A stretch of 64,000 bases of DNA, from assembly GCA_030704615.1 (NCBI GenBank), contig CM060733.1, positions 21,514,001 through 21,578,000 of the forward strand. Direction: 5' to 3'. The stretch comes from Takakia lepidozioides (lineage: Eukaryota > Plantae > Bryophyta). Both the position numbers and the translations under genes were made by a program. The notes below the pieces were generated by a model. That model saw only the letters and a list, made by a program, of their open reading frames with translations. It was not told the DNA's origin and did no database searches. This document shows, one piece after another, positions 12,583-26,700 of this stretch (positions are counted from its first letter, which is position 1; each line of letters opens with the position of its first letter).

Positions 12583-14775
12583 GTACTGTCCTTGTCCTCC
12601 CTGCAAATGTATTCTTCTGTGCATGGTGGGTGTTCTTATTCTCTTGATAGGCTCATACAATGGCAGATCCTCTCTGTTTTGTTGACTTCTTTTGAACCCC
12701 TGTTACTACCCACCTTGCAAATAGCAAAGCTCTGTGTGGCTTCCTCAGAAACTGGGCCTAGTTATCAGCACATCGGATAATGAAGTGGTTGGATTGCATT
12801 CAAATTGCAGAACCACAAGGGTTGGATTGTTTTTCCATGTTGGCAGTGGTGCTACAAAGCCCTCCATTGGCCGGTCTTTCCAAAGTGGGTGCATAGTTTT
12901 TGTAATTTTCTCCGGATGGCTTGCAAGGTTGTGTGTGGTTTCCTTAGGAACTGGGCATGGTCATCAGCCCATCATACTTGGACTGTTACTCAAATTGTTT
13001 GCTCTATGTTGTTGACTTGCTGGAGGCCTATTGATTCCATTCTCATTGCAAGTGTGAGGTAAGGAAGGGTGTTGGCACAGTTGGCTCATAATGTTTACTT
13101 CATCCAGCTACTGAAACATCCAGAGTTCCGGGTTCCTCGACAAAGGCACTATCTGGACCACCAGATTTCCCGACTCTTGGTGCTTTGCCTAATTCCGTGA
13201 CTTTGGCGAGGACATCAACTGACAGCTGCATTGTCAAAACCACACCACCAAACAGATCACAGTATTCCCTAGATTCTCAAGAGATTCAGGAAATATGCTC
13301 CAATCAAACAAAAATATGCTCAGGCGACAAAAATTGCAAAAGTAGCTCAAATTTGTGCTCACGTGAGCACAAAGAGTTTATCTAACGTCAGCGAGGCTGA
13401 ACACGACACCTCTGACCTTCATCACTACAGATGTCAGGGGCAATGCTCATATCCATAATATCCAAGGTTTGAAAGATAATCTCCACCTACCACCAAATAC
13501 ACTACACCTCTACTGCGAGCCTTGTACTTCATAGCTATTACATCACTCACATCCCTAATCCTCAATTGTTTTTTTTTAAGGAAAAAATACAGAGCTTTCC
13601 TCAAATAAAATGTGAGGAAACAATAACCTTACAAAACCAGAAGGCATACATACTCTTAAACAAACCCCACATGACAGGAAAGTAGAATGTCAGAAAGAGC
13701 AAAACTGATGGAAGCACAAACGCCTAACAAACAAAGGCGAACAAGGGCTATCTCTTCTGCCTCAATGGTTCAAAGCTTAAATGGGTTTTGGTTTTTGTTG
13801 TTTCTATTTTTCCTATGACACCAGTTAATATTCAAATCCTCGCATTCCCCAGGAGAAATTTGAAGACCCATCCCCAAGGGATGTTGCAATTCCAGGACGT
13901 GGTAGAATCATATAGTAGTCTCCATAATAATTATCTCCACTTCCAGCTTAAGCCTCAATACAGGATTGCTTAATCCAGAGCTACTTTTGTTATTAGGGAA
14001 GATTAATCTAGAGAGAGAAAGAAAGAAGGTTTAGCATCCAGCTATTTTGCAGACCATACAAAAGCTTTATGTACAGGAGATCGAGGGGCAAAGCAACAGC
14101 TTTCAATGAGAGTAGCTTAAGAATAATTCCGATAAGAGGTGGATGACCTCCCCTCGTTTGCTTATCTCAAATACTTCCGCATGGCCAATTGGTACTGGAA
14201 AATGAATCTTGGTTCTCAGATGTTGCAATCAAGAGTTCCTATATTTCTAGCCCGGGTGATCTGCACTTAGGAACAGTAGAGCTGGTTCAGCTCACTGCTC
14301 CTTCACTATATGTTCTCAAATCTGGCCCTTCTTGTAAGGGTAGTCAATGTTTCCTTCGAAAATTTTGATGTGGCCACCAAAAATATTATATACATGAATC
14401 ATACGCTTCTGGCCATAGATGTCAACCCATCCAGGATAGAAGATAGAGTCAAGAAAACTTCCTGAAGGAAAAGGGCCTACACACCTCACACACCTTCTAT
14501 CCATGCATGAAAGGTTACTTGTTGCTCACCTGAATTTTGCAGGTATGTCTTCAGGCTGCAAGCTCTGCTGCATTGCAAGACTTTCAGTAGTGGATGACAG
14601 TCAGTGGATTATGTGATCCAAAGAAGTAGACATTTGAGATGCGTCAACCACATCTCTTATGTGTGATTCGCTTCCTCTTTGCAGAATCACACCACTGATA
14701 CATCAGAGAATAGCCTGCCGGTGATCTCAGAAGCATAGTTGGCACTGTTGGTTGCTTCTTGCTAGCCTCTTCAAA

Positions 14776-17700
14776 CTACTGGACTAGAAGATCTTTTGCC
14801 CGGATGGGAGGTTTTCGGGTTTTGTTCTGTATAAGCAAATATGTGTCCAATGGGACCCGATCTTCGTCATCATCATCCCCCTCATCATCGCTGCCGCTCT
14901 CTGGCACTTCCTCTTCCATTATTTCACGGCCCCACTGATCCCCACGTAGCCAATCAGATGCATCCATTCCCCTTCCACCAGGCAGAGTATCGTAATCCTT
15001 GTCAAACAACCCCCCGTGCCTGAATACTGTTCTGAAGACCTGTAAGCCTGACACATCATCTTGCCGCAGGAGCTCTCCAAGCCTTGCATCTTTGGTAGAA
15101 TCCCTTGCCATTTCCCAGAAACAGGGCAATGATGAGCTGCGTGCCTCACTTGGATTCTTCTCTCCTCCCCCTGCTGCCACCCCCTCCCCCTCGTCAACTG
15201 ACGAGTTGAAGATGGATCGTGACGTCATGTCCTTGCAAACCATCATCCGATATTTCTTCTCCTCAAAGGTACCTGACAACCATCCCCTCTTGTTGACCAC
15301 CACCCACATAACATACAATCCACAATACAGTACCATATAGCATACTCTGGTTGAGGGCACTTATGCTATGTGACAATTTCCAAACCTTTCATGGAGTGAA
15401 TCATGGCGAGGTCCCAGGAAATAGCAGGAGATTCCTGATGAAGTCACACAATTCCCAAAGATCTACCATCTCTATGCATGAAACCAGAACATCAGGGATA
15501 TCTGGAATGAAAATATGTTCACCTGTGGCACACCTATGACAGTAGACACAACTTTGACAAAACTTTTCCCGTTACATGTTGCACAAAAACATCTTTGAAC
15601 AAAGTACTTCTGAAGTTAGTACTTGCAGCATAGCATGACCAGAATGACTGTCTAAGAATTACCAAATTTGTACCAGCACAATCAGCATTTGTTCGTACCT
15701 GCTCCAAAGGCAAGTACCAACAATATCCTACCCACTTCTGTATAGTTGAAGCTTAGTTGGACCGAAGTTTTGAGGTATGTTGTACTTGCGTAGTTACAGA
15801 AAAGGTTGAGAAATCTTTGAGTACCTGAGGCAACTAGTCTGTAGACATACACGATTCTAGTTTGACCCAACCGAAATGCACGGCTGATTGCCTGGCGTAT
15901 AACCGCAGGGTTCCAAAGAACATCCATAAAAACGACCCGAGAAGCCCCTGTGAGAGTGATACCCTCCCCGCAGGCTTTGGTCGATGCCAACAGGACATGA
16001 ACACCCCCGTCTCGCTGGTTGAATCTTTCGATTATAGTCTGCCGCTCCCCTAGGCTATGGTGTCCATCAAGCTGCAAAAAATCCCGGTCCTTGACCCACC
16101 CAAATGCTGATTCAAACATCCTTTCCAATAGAGATAGAGGTTGGAGATTTTGACTGAATATCAGCATTTTCTCTTTATCATCACTATCTGTCTGGAGAAG
16201 CCTGAGGAGATTGACAACAAAATTTGTCTTAACCCCTCCTTCTGGGTTTTGATCTGTTGCCAGCTTCATCATTTCGGGTGCTGATAAAAGGTCAGGAAGT
16301 GTCTCCCCAACTGATGATTGGGTAAACAGGAAAGGATGTATACACACTGCCGACATTAAGATCTCTTGTTCCAGCTGTGTCTTTGCCCCTAATCTTTCTG
16401 CTAATTTTTTCAGCATCTTGTCTTGCAGTGGAGTAGGCTGGAGCATGATGGAAAAGTCTCGCAATGGTGGGAGGCTCTGGAGAACATCCCCAGTGTGATG
16501 GTGAACAAATGGGCTCGTCAATTTTTGCAGCTGGTCCAGCCCACGAGCCAATGATTTGGAAGACCCCTTCTTCCTTTGTCCACTGTCAATCTTACTCCCA
16601 ATCTCATCTATAAACATGCGCCTGGCGCGGGCCTCTGCAGCTCGAGTTACCCCATCCATAGCTGCTTCTGTTGCAGATCTCTCGTCAGCGTCACCAACAG
16701 CACCACTTCCCTGATAACAAACAAAGTGGAATTGCATGGCATAAATGCATGGAGATAAACCAACCACGCATACCAGGGACCTACAAACATCAGGTACGGG
16801 GTTTAAATGGCACTTGCCATGTTGGCTTTCAAAAGTCTCCTGGCAAGGAAAGAAATATATGAACAGTCCATACTGTGGTGCACCTTCTGTGGGAAATTGC
16901 AGTCCCTTGCGAGGAGCTGGTTGTACCCCTCTTTGATCGATAATAGCTAACTCTCAAATCATCAGTATAGGAAAAGAGATCGGGATGCAGACATCTCTTG
17001 CATATCATGATGTGTAACATGGTATGGAGTAAACAACAGGCTGTGACTGTATCTGTCTAGTTCCTCTGGTGAATACTCATATCACTCACTGCAGATTGCC
17101 TGAAGAAAATCAACAGCCCACAGCTGAAGTTAGGTCAAGTAGAGGGTCCCCAAGAAAAGAGAATACCTGGATACCACAATCAGGATCACCAGACTTGGAA
17201 AAGGATTCCACGAATCTGGGCCGCACGAGATAGAGAGTTGTGAACAGCTCCTCAAAGTTGTTCTGAAAGAGAGTGCCTGACAACATTATGCGCATGGGGG
17301 TTTGAACAAGCATAAGGGCTTTGAGAACTTTTGCTTTCTTATTGCGGGCAAAGTGGCCCTCATCAAGTATCAAAATAGTGGGTTGTTCCAGCAACATCTT
17401 TCTAATTTGAAAACCATCTTCAGATGGATTTGGGCTGCTACTGTCGGTCAAGGATGTGAATAGTGCATAGCTGATAGCAAGAACACTGGTTTGCTGGAGC
17501 CACTGCCACATCATTGCCTGCCAAGAGCATGCCAATTGCTCAGTAATGAAAAAATCACTGAAAAGACTCTGAACAATTAACTGTAGGTGATATAATGCAT
17601 TGCATGTCCTGTTTGTCAAAACGAATCATTTCCACAACTCTTTATACTTTTATGAGAGAGTTACATTATTATATCGAGGTATTATGAAGCTAGGGTGTTT

Positions 17701-20700
17701 GATACAAGGGCTCCTAAAATGCTTGATCTCAAGGGGAGGACCCTAAGAAGGAATCACAAATTGTACCCCAATTTGCTGGGCCATGCAGTGCAACCACCTA
17801 AGCACTACCATGCATTCTCCAACAGCCAGAGTGAAGCCAGTAAAAGACAAGTAAAAAATGCACACAAACACTGAGCACATGATATACTCTCACGGATCGG
17901 AAAAGAGATTATTGCACATATATGTGAGCCTGCAGATGGCCTCATACTCCCCAAGATCCACCCAAAAGATCACAAGATCAGCATTTGACTTTCAGCGAAA
18001 GAACTCTTATCTACAGAATCATGGGTGGTGGGGGTGGATGGGAAATCCTCTTAAGGCCTGCAAAGACATGATCGAGGACATGATGGGTTCTGGCAACTGC
18101 AGCCATAACATTTTCCCAGCAGCGTTGAGGAAGAAAAACAGGAGGGGTAAGAGAAACATGAGAGACACTCTTATAGGCTTAGCGAGCAAAGAGGGCCAAG
18201 CATCCATGCCTCCACTGCTTGCAGAGACCTACTTTGGCAATCCTCCTTCAAGACTGAAGGAGGCATGCAGCGGCAGCACAAGACCTGGGAGGCTACGAGC
18301 GTGTGTAGGCTAAGAGACTTTAATGGCCTCTGCGGGTTTGGTGGGGGTCTTTCAAGGCACTGAATACGATAACAACAACTGGGCTTGGGGCACATGTACT
18401 GCACTAACCATTGGAATCCTTCGCCAAGGCCCTAAGAAAATAGTTCTCTCTGTGACAAACGCCACAGATGAAGGGAAAGGTGACCTCCACATCCATCCGA
18501 CCAATGCATTACTGGAAAACAGCACTACAATCTTTGAGAGTCTACCAGAAAAAATCCTTTTCCAGGATTTGTAAATAGCACGTTGTTAATTCAAACAGTC
18601 CACCTAAGCATTTCGTATGTGTACGACGGATATGTATGAACAATTCAGTACCTGCCGGTAAATATCACGCATGCGTCTCACTGGCACACGCGAGCCACAC
18701 TTAAGGCGAACATCGCCGGATTCCTCATGCTGCTGGAAGAGTGCCCGCCCGATCTGCAGTGCTTGGTTCAGAATGTAGACTGGGATGTCCACATTCCATT
18801 TCCTAAATTCTTTTTCCCAAGGCCGGAGCATGATCTTTGGAGCAATGATGAGGGGTCGGCATTTTGGGTTAACCTTCAAATAGCTCTGTAAGAAGCTAAT
18901 AATTAGGAAGGTCTTTCCAGTGCCGGGTGCATGAGACAGGACACAGCCCCCAGTTTCCATTGCTGGCAAGGCAGGTTCCCCGCCTGGACCGAGTCCAGCA
19001 AGATTCTTCCAAAGAAATTCAAACCCCTCCTTCTGATGCTTCTGCATATGCTGCTTGAGCTCTGGAATGGCATCAAATAGTGAGGGTCCCTTCGCGCTGC
19101 CAGATTGTGTGAGCGCTTCTCCATTCAGATCCCAAGATAGATCCATGTCCTCGGAAGTTGACTCATCCACTTCATTTCCCTCCCCATGGTAATGATACCG
19201 TTGGCCAATCTGCATACACAACCAACTTCTCTCTTATAATTTCTGAATACACACGTTGCACTTCAGTAGGTTACCACATTAGAACCTTCACACCAGGGAT
19301 TGACTGGCGCTTACAGAAGCCCAACTCATGAATTTTCGAAGATCTTGAACTGACTGCGGTGGTAGATATTGTCAGTTACTTATTTCATGAAATGAAATGT
19401 TTCAAATCGCAGTGCCCTCCTAATGAACCAGGACACAACATTATTGCTCCCAAAAGTATTAAAAGTATGACAGATACAACTGCCAGGAAATTGGTAATCT
19501 GAACATGACAAAATGGGCACAACAAACGTGCCCTCGTGTACCAACATTTATTTTAAGTCAAGAGACATCGTAACTAACCCCCAAAAGGTAATGGCCTACA
19601 CAGTATACCTAAGCTAACATGCAAATACACCCAGAACATTCAACAAACCCCTTGACAGAAGCAAAATGGACAGAGGAAACTTTTTTGTGGTGGGAAGGAG
19701 AAAAGTTTTACCGCTGCTGTCCACATATTTCCAATCTCGAGGCCAACAAACCCACAAACTTGGCACACCAGGCCCACTTCTAGGTCAAGCAAGAAGCTAT
19801 GATCACTTCCGTCTAGCCCTGTACACTTGTTGTCCGTTCCAACAGGAGCCTCTGGCTTCTCTTCCTCAACCTGCAAATGACACAGTCCTGTGTCACCTAA
19901 GAAACCCTTCACATGCTGCAACATAATCAAGTTCAAATTAGGGAAACTTTCGTCAAGGAAACCTCATTTTGCAGCCCTCTCTTGAACTTGAGCTTTTTAA
20001 ATGAATGCTGTGGATAGAGGTTTACATAGCAAAGAGAACAGAGAAGGACTAAAACATGCCTAGTGAGAGCATGGAATGGACTCATTCTCTGTATGTGGTA
20101 AGGAATGAGTAAGAAGAATATCCATACCATGGGTGGTATCCCACTGCAACTCCAACAGAAGGTTTGGAAGCCAGAAAACAGCAGTCAATGATGTAGAGCA
20201 TTTTGCATCAGGAAAAGACCAAAGCCCTCATTCTAATTTTCTGTTTCCACTTTCCGCCACTCCTCCTCCCGTCTCTTTGTCCTGCATACATACCTTACTT
20301 CTTGACTGAAATGTCTCACTTTCTAATGCCAAGCGCATGTCTTCCCATGCATTCTGCATCCTAGGATCCTCCTCAACTTTGTTGCTGACCGGCGCAGGCC
20401 CCCAGTTTTCCAGAAGGGGGTTCCAACTTGCCATGAGACTGCAAGGGGCCTTCTCTTTTGAAACATTCTCTTGGTCTGCCCCTCTCCCTGGAAAAGCCTT
20501 AAACAAGTCTGTGTAGGTGACTTCCTGCACAACGTTGACTACTCCCTTGGATTTCCCCTGTTTCCGCTTAGCTCCAGAAACCTGGAAACCAATTATTGAT
20601 TCTCAGCGTAAGCTGCCATACTAAGAGGGTCAGCCCATCTGGTGTTTGCCTCCCTGTTGTTCTTAGCCCCTACTTCTTTCTGTCCTTTTGCTGGACAAAT

Positions 20701-23700
20701 GCACCTATTAAATTAACAAGCATGAGATAATTGGCACCTAAGCTGGTACGTTTTTTAAAGGAAAAAATGCCAGAACTTGACCAGTTCACAGATGGAATAG
20801 CCAAATTCTTACCAACTCATAGACAGCTGGTAACAGCAAAACCCCAAAAAGAAGATAGTTGTGATTACCTGAGACACGCGCAAAGCAACTCTTGCCTTGG
20901 TCCTGATCTTTGCCTGCGTTTGACAATGCTGGACAGCATGGCTCTCAGTCATAATCCAACGTTCAAGGTCAGCAGTAAAGTCCTCGAGACCTGTGATTTG
21001 AGGGCTTGTGGCTGGGTCTTCACCACAATCCCCTGTTTGCGGCATCAAATTTGGCAATGCCCAACGATCCCCTCCTTGCTTTCCAAGCAACCCCTTCTTG
21101 TCATTTTCTAAGGCCTGCTTTGCCATGAGGTGATCCTTCTCCTTCGGGTTGTTGCTCTTGGAAGCACAGCTGAAGGGAAGCCCAGATTGTATCTTGCTCT
21201 TCTTTCTTGACTTGGTATGACCACGCAGGACGGCATGGCCCTTAGTCCCTGTATACATATGGTCCATGAAAACAGCAAAGCCTGTTGGCTTAGGAATCCT
21301 GATTGGGTCTGGGTCTTCTGCAACAAGATCGTCTCCACTCACAAGACTTTTGGCTTGAATGTAACCAGAAAACTCCTCTGGAATTCTGATTCCAGGAATT
21401 GTGGCTGGGTCGTCACCACATAGACTGTCGCTGTCAGAGTCATCGAGCATTATGGGCTGTTTCTTGGATCCACAAAAATTACTACAAGTCTCAACCTTTT
21501 CCCTCGGCCTCAGGGACGGGATGGGAAGTACATCACCTTCTTCCTCACTTCCAAGTGACTCTTCCTCAGGCTCTCTATTTATTCCTTCCTCCTCCAGGAA
21601 TGAATCAAACGGTATGAGCCTTGAAGACTTGCAGACCACTGCAATCCCACTGGCCACCCGACTCTCCAGTGAGGTGCTAGGTTCTCTCAACTTATCGGGT
21701 GATCCCTGGGAGAACCACGAACATGAATCAACAGACCACTTTCTCTTGACTGAGTTCTCATGGCCAGGCAAAGCTGATGCCAGTATCTGTCCAGTGGACA
21801 TATTGTATGCCTTTTGTATGATGGTCATCTGTCGCAGAGACATGGACTGAGTGCCTTTCACACCTTTCACAAGGTCTCTCAGCTTGCCATCCTGGGGAAG
21901 CTTCTCTGGGATGGTATAAAACTGTACGTAGAATAAGCACTTGCACTTTTCGGAGGTATCAGAATTGTGAATCTTGGGGGTGTGAGAATGGCGCTCAATT
22001 TTCATAATTTTCGCATCAAACCACGCCTGCAAGGTGGCGGATTGATGAGAGGACAGATGATGCAGGTGATTCCAGCAATTTGGATAGAGCTCATAGAGAA
22101 GAGAGGAGTACACAATGGCCTTTGCTTACTGCAATTGGGTGGCTAGCCTGGCTTTTAAGAAAGCAAAAAGAAATGTTCTCCGTCTGCTGGAAGCCCAGAG
22201 GCCCTACAGGAGAAAGGAAGAGAAAGAAAAGAAATGGTCTCTCAAGTCCAGTGTACATCTGTGGAAACTACAAAGTAACAAATTTACTATGTCCACAGGA
22301 GCCCAGATGGCAGAGGGCCTGTGGAATACAGTAGAACATCAAACGAAGAGTGCATCAAACCCCAAACCTAGCATTAAGAGAAGAAATAAGCTATGAGTAC
22401 CCACCACTGAGGACTTTTGCGTTCAGATGACTGTTCTACCAGAGACTAGGAATCTCTAAAAAGCAACAGTATCAACCGCAGATTTCGAGAAGTGAGAAAC
22501 AAAGAAATTTGTAACGTCCACAGAAAAGAAACTTTGCAATGTTGATGGGACACTTGGGACAAAGTGGAAGCCAATTTAAAAACAAAAGTCACTTGGAGAC
22601 AAAGTGCCTCATGCAGGTAAAGCCGGCAAGCACTTCTTGTCCTCAAAGCTGAAAGGCCTCAGCCAAAGATTGAGGGCTTCCAGAGACAATGATGACCAAT
22701 GCAACAAAGGAGAACAAACGATAGAAGAGATTGTACTCATAAGACGTTGTTTGCCGTAGCCTTGTGGCCATTGACCCCGCGCCCAGTTTGAGCGGGAACA
22801 AAAGGGACAGAACCTACCTCTGTCAGGGGCTGACGTTGGTAGTAAGACTTACCTCCATATAAAGAATTAATCCGGGTTTTCAAGATATCCTCTAGAAATC
22901 CCTTCACACAAGCATCAATCTGCTGTGTTTGATTTGCCCAAAAACTAGGCCTCAGGAGGGCCTGGGCTTTTGGCTCAGCCTCGAGACTTTCAAAGTTGGT
23001 AAACAGGGGTACAGGCACAATTCCCTTAATAGATTTGAAGAGAGCGTCTCTTTGGTGAGAGAACCCCGGACAGTGTATCAGAAAATGAATACTGTCTTCA
23101 GATTGCCCACACAACGGGCAATTGCACTCTCCCTTTCCTCTCTGCTTCTGTTTGCTGTTCTAAGGTAGGCTTCCTGCCCCGAGTTTAAATTTCAGTCTAG
23201 TGCCGAGAGTGGGTAGACCCTTGAGGTCATCCAAGATGTCCTCCCCCATGTCACAGACTGGAAACAAGTTCAGGGAAGTTTTCTGCCTAACTTCATTTTC
23301 ATCAGACAATCTCATGGCAACAGACATGGCTGAGGACACTACAGCCTCTAAGTCAGATTTATCCAGCAGGGTCAAGACTTGCGGATCCAGGTCCAGGTCC
23401 TTGAGGATCTCTTCTACTCTCTTCTGCCAGGACTTAGCCTGTTTGACAGGGCGGTCCTGTTTCCAAGATATAGAGTCGATTAACTTAGGATATCTGGTGT
23501 TGGGCATATGTTGCAGCTGACCGAGTCTCCCCTATGCCTGCGAAGTCATCCGCAAACATAAGGGCTGGTATGGTGGTATCACCCACCCTTAACCCAAATC
23601 CCTCACTTTCCACATCCTCGAGGAGTTGATTGATGAAAACATTGAAGAGCAGAGGGGAGAGAGTACATCCTTGAGCTACACCTTGGTCTATGTCAAAGAA

Positions 23701-26700
23701 GTTGGACTTCTGTCCGTTAACAGTGACACAGCTTTTGGTGTGAGCATACAAGTTGTGGACAACTCTCCACATCTTTCCCTTGATCCCACAAGACCAGAGG
23801 CGGAACCATAGGCCATCTCTCCACACTGTGTCATAAGCCTTTTTGACATCCAGGAAAAAGACATAAGTGGGTTTCCCTTCTTTTTTCCTTCCCTGGATAA
23901 TCTGGCTTAGAGTGAAGATATGATCCACACAGCCCCTGTTTCGCCGAAAGCCAGCTTGGCCTTCGTGGAAACAACCTCTAGACTCCAGATCAACCTCGAG
24001 ACGAGTACTTATAACTCTGCAGAATGTCTTGCCAACAGCATTGAGGAGCGTGATGCCACGGTAGTTCCCCGGTTCTTCTCTGTCACCCTTCTTGTATAGA
24101 TTGACAATGACCCCCTGTCGCCAGCGAAAGGGGATCATTTCAGTCTTCCAGATAAGGTTAAAGAGGAGAACTAGGGCCTCTATCATGGGATTGCCACCGT
24201 GCTTGATAAGCTCGTTGACAATACCATCAGGTCCACCAGCTTTATATCCATTTAAATGTTCAATTGCTTCCACAATCTCAGAAGAACTAATGGGAGCATT
24301 ATAAGCCATTGAAATATACTCCAGTTCATCAGGGCTGTTTTGAATCATAGGAACAGTTTTTCCAACTGTGTCCCTCCATTCAGCAGAAGACCCCTCACTG
24401 TTAGACCTAGAAGTTCTGCCAAGGGTACTGTAGTGAGTTTCAAAGGTTTTGACAATGTCAACCGATGAAGTCACCACTGCACCTTTAGTAGTCTTCAGCG
24501 CTTGTACTTGCTGACCGTTTTTCGGCTTGTACAAACGTTGAAGGGCCAACCAGAATTACCACCATGGTGGTTTGAGTTTATTTCACTGTATAACTTGTCC
24601 CAGTATAATTTCTTCTGAGACCTAACAAGCTGATTGATATCTTTATGGAGCTGGTAGTACCTCGCACACAATTCTCTGTTGGTTTCCAAATTGCAGCACT
24701 CTTTATAGAGGGCTCGTCTCTCAGCTATCTTGAGTTTAATCTCATTAGTCCACCAATTAACTGCTCTACCGCAGACAATTAGTTTCCTCCCAATGATCTT
24801 GTCAGCCACGGAGGAAACGAAACTCTCCCAAGAGTCCACTGCTCTTTCGACTTCATTTCTTGCGTTAACAGAGCGTGACTGAAGTTCTTGGAGCGATTGG
24901 ACAAAATGAGGGAGAGACTCTTGCAAGGCCTCGACGTACTCAGCCTTGACCTCCTCATTGCGCCAGTTCCGAATCGAACGTTTCACAGATCTCTTGGTGG
25001 TGGGAAAACACCTTTTGATCTCAGTCCAAACCAGGAAGTGGTCAGAGGTACCAATATCAGTTCTGTCGATCAACACATTGGCACACTGGGGGAACAAAAT
25101 TTTGTCCATTATGATATAGTCCACAATGGAACGTTCCCCAGTTTGGGGTTTCTCACGAGTCCACTGCACTTGGTCACCTCTTGTCCTGTTATTCACGGTC
25201 AAAAGCTGAAGCTCTTCTAGACAGTTAATTAACCGTCTGCCATTAGAATTCAGCTCGTCCTCACCAAAAGGTCCAATGATATCGTCCTGATGGATCCCTT
25301 TGCCCACCCGGGCATTGAAGTCCCCCAATAGTACCACCTGACCTTTGGCAAGGAACGAAGCACAGTCCAGCTTTACATCTTCGAAGGCCTTGTCTGCGTC
25401 AGCACTAAGGGTCCCCTCTGTGGGCATATAAACACAACCAACAAAGAGGTCCTTTGTACTCATGCCGCCCTTCAAATTCAGTTTTAGCCAGATACTATGC
25501 TCGTACCTCAAACCCTTGTTGATAATTTCACAATTGTCAAACAAGAAATCACGGACAAAGAATCCGACCCCTTTTTGACCGCGTTTGGCAGAGGCTGCCT
25601 TGAGAGTACACATCTTACCTGCCCATTTATAACCAATGACATCTCCAACCAGTTTATCCGACGTTTCCCATGTTTCTTGCCCAGCACAGATATGAATATC
25701 ATTAGTCCGAAGAACTTGTCCCACTTCAAGTTGTTTCCTTTGGTTGGTCAACCCTGAGAAGTTGAAAGTGGCCAGCCGCAAGCCAGCCCTTTGCGTGTGA
25801 ATTGTTTGTCGTCTAGGTAGCTTGTGATTGCTCCTGGACGGCCAACCGTTCTGCAAAGGGGGACAGTTACCCCATGTGTAGATTTTGCTCATCTTGTGTA
25901 AACGTTGAGAATTGGTAAACCATTCAGGGTACCAAATCTTTCAGTTACACGACGCACAGGCTCCGCACACATAGGGGCAGATTGTCCGTCAGACTGCTTG
26001 GGGACAATTACCCCGTGTATAGATTTTGCTCGTCTTGTGTAGACTTTGAGGATTGGTAAACCATTTTGAGTACCAAATCCTTCAGTTACACGACGTTCAG
26101 GCTCTGCACACTTAGGGACAGATTGTCCATCTGACGGCTTGGGGACAATTACCCCGTGTATAGAATTTGTTCGTCTTGTGTAAACCTTGAGGATTGGTAA
26201 ACCATTCAGAGTACCAAATCCTTCAGATTCAGGACGTTCAGGTTCCGTACACTTAGGGGCATCTTGTCCTTCTGGCTGTTTGGATTCAACCTCATCCAGA
26301 GCATCAAACCGATTAGAAACTCTCAAGTTGAAGTTGTTGCCCTTGGTTGTCTTCCTAGAGCGCCCCATTGAAGGAGAGAGAGAGAGAGAGAGAGAGAATG
26401 CCCACAGGAGGTCCGAGGGACACAAGTAGAAACATATAGAAAGAAAGGCGGTAATTCTATCCATGGGGGGCCGAAGGGACACAGAACAGGAACTGAACAA
26501 AAGACAGCAAGAAAGAAACTTAAAAGCATCCACACTTTCAGACTAGAGGACTGTACAGAGAGAGAATATTGTGGACCACAGAGAGACACAGAAACGTACC
26601 CGATCGCCCTTGGGCCCCTGTGGATGAATTGCAAACACACACACATCCATTCCAAGATTAAGCAATGTCTGACAGTCAGTCTCGACTGCCACTCGGCTGC

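Larger units (their letters stand above)
22737..26430 (-). mobile_element. APE-type non-LTR retrotransposon (RTE/RTEX-like LINE) in a CLSY intron; near full length but frameshifted and internally deleted
   Basis: ORF1-like 26368-25889. Endonuclease 25892-24495 (TFNFSGL, GQETW, GDFNARVG, SIVDY, SDH). RT 24549-23485 (GGPDG, YRGITL, QAGFR, DVKKAYD, GVAQG, FADD). C-terminal CPLCGQSEDSIHFLIHCP. Confidence 0.95.

Noticed and set aside
13423-13510. CACTAC motifs
   Set aside because: No subterminal repeats or partner end; likely chance.
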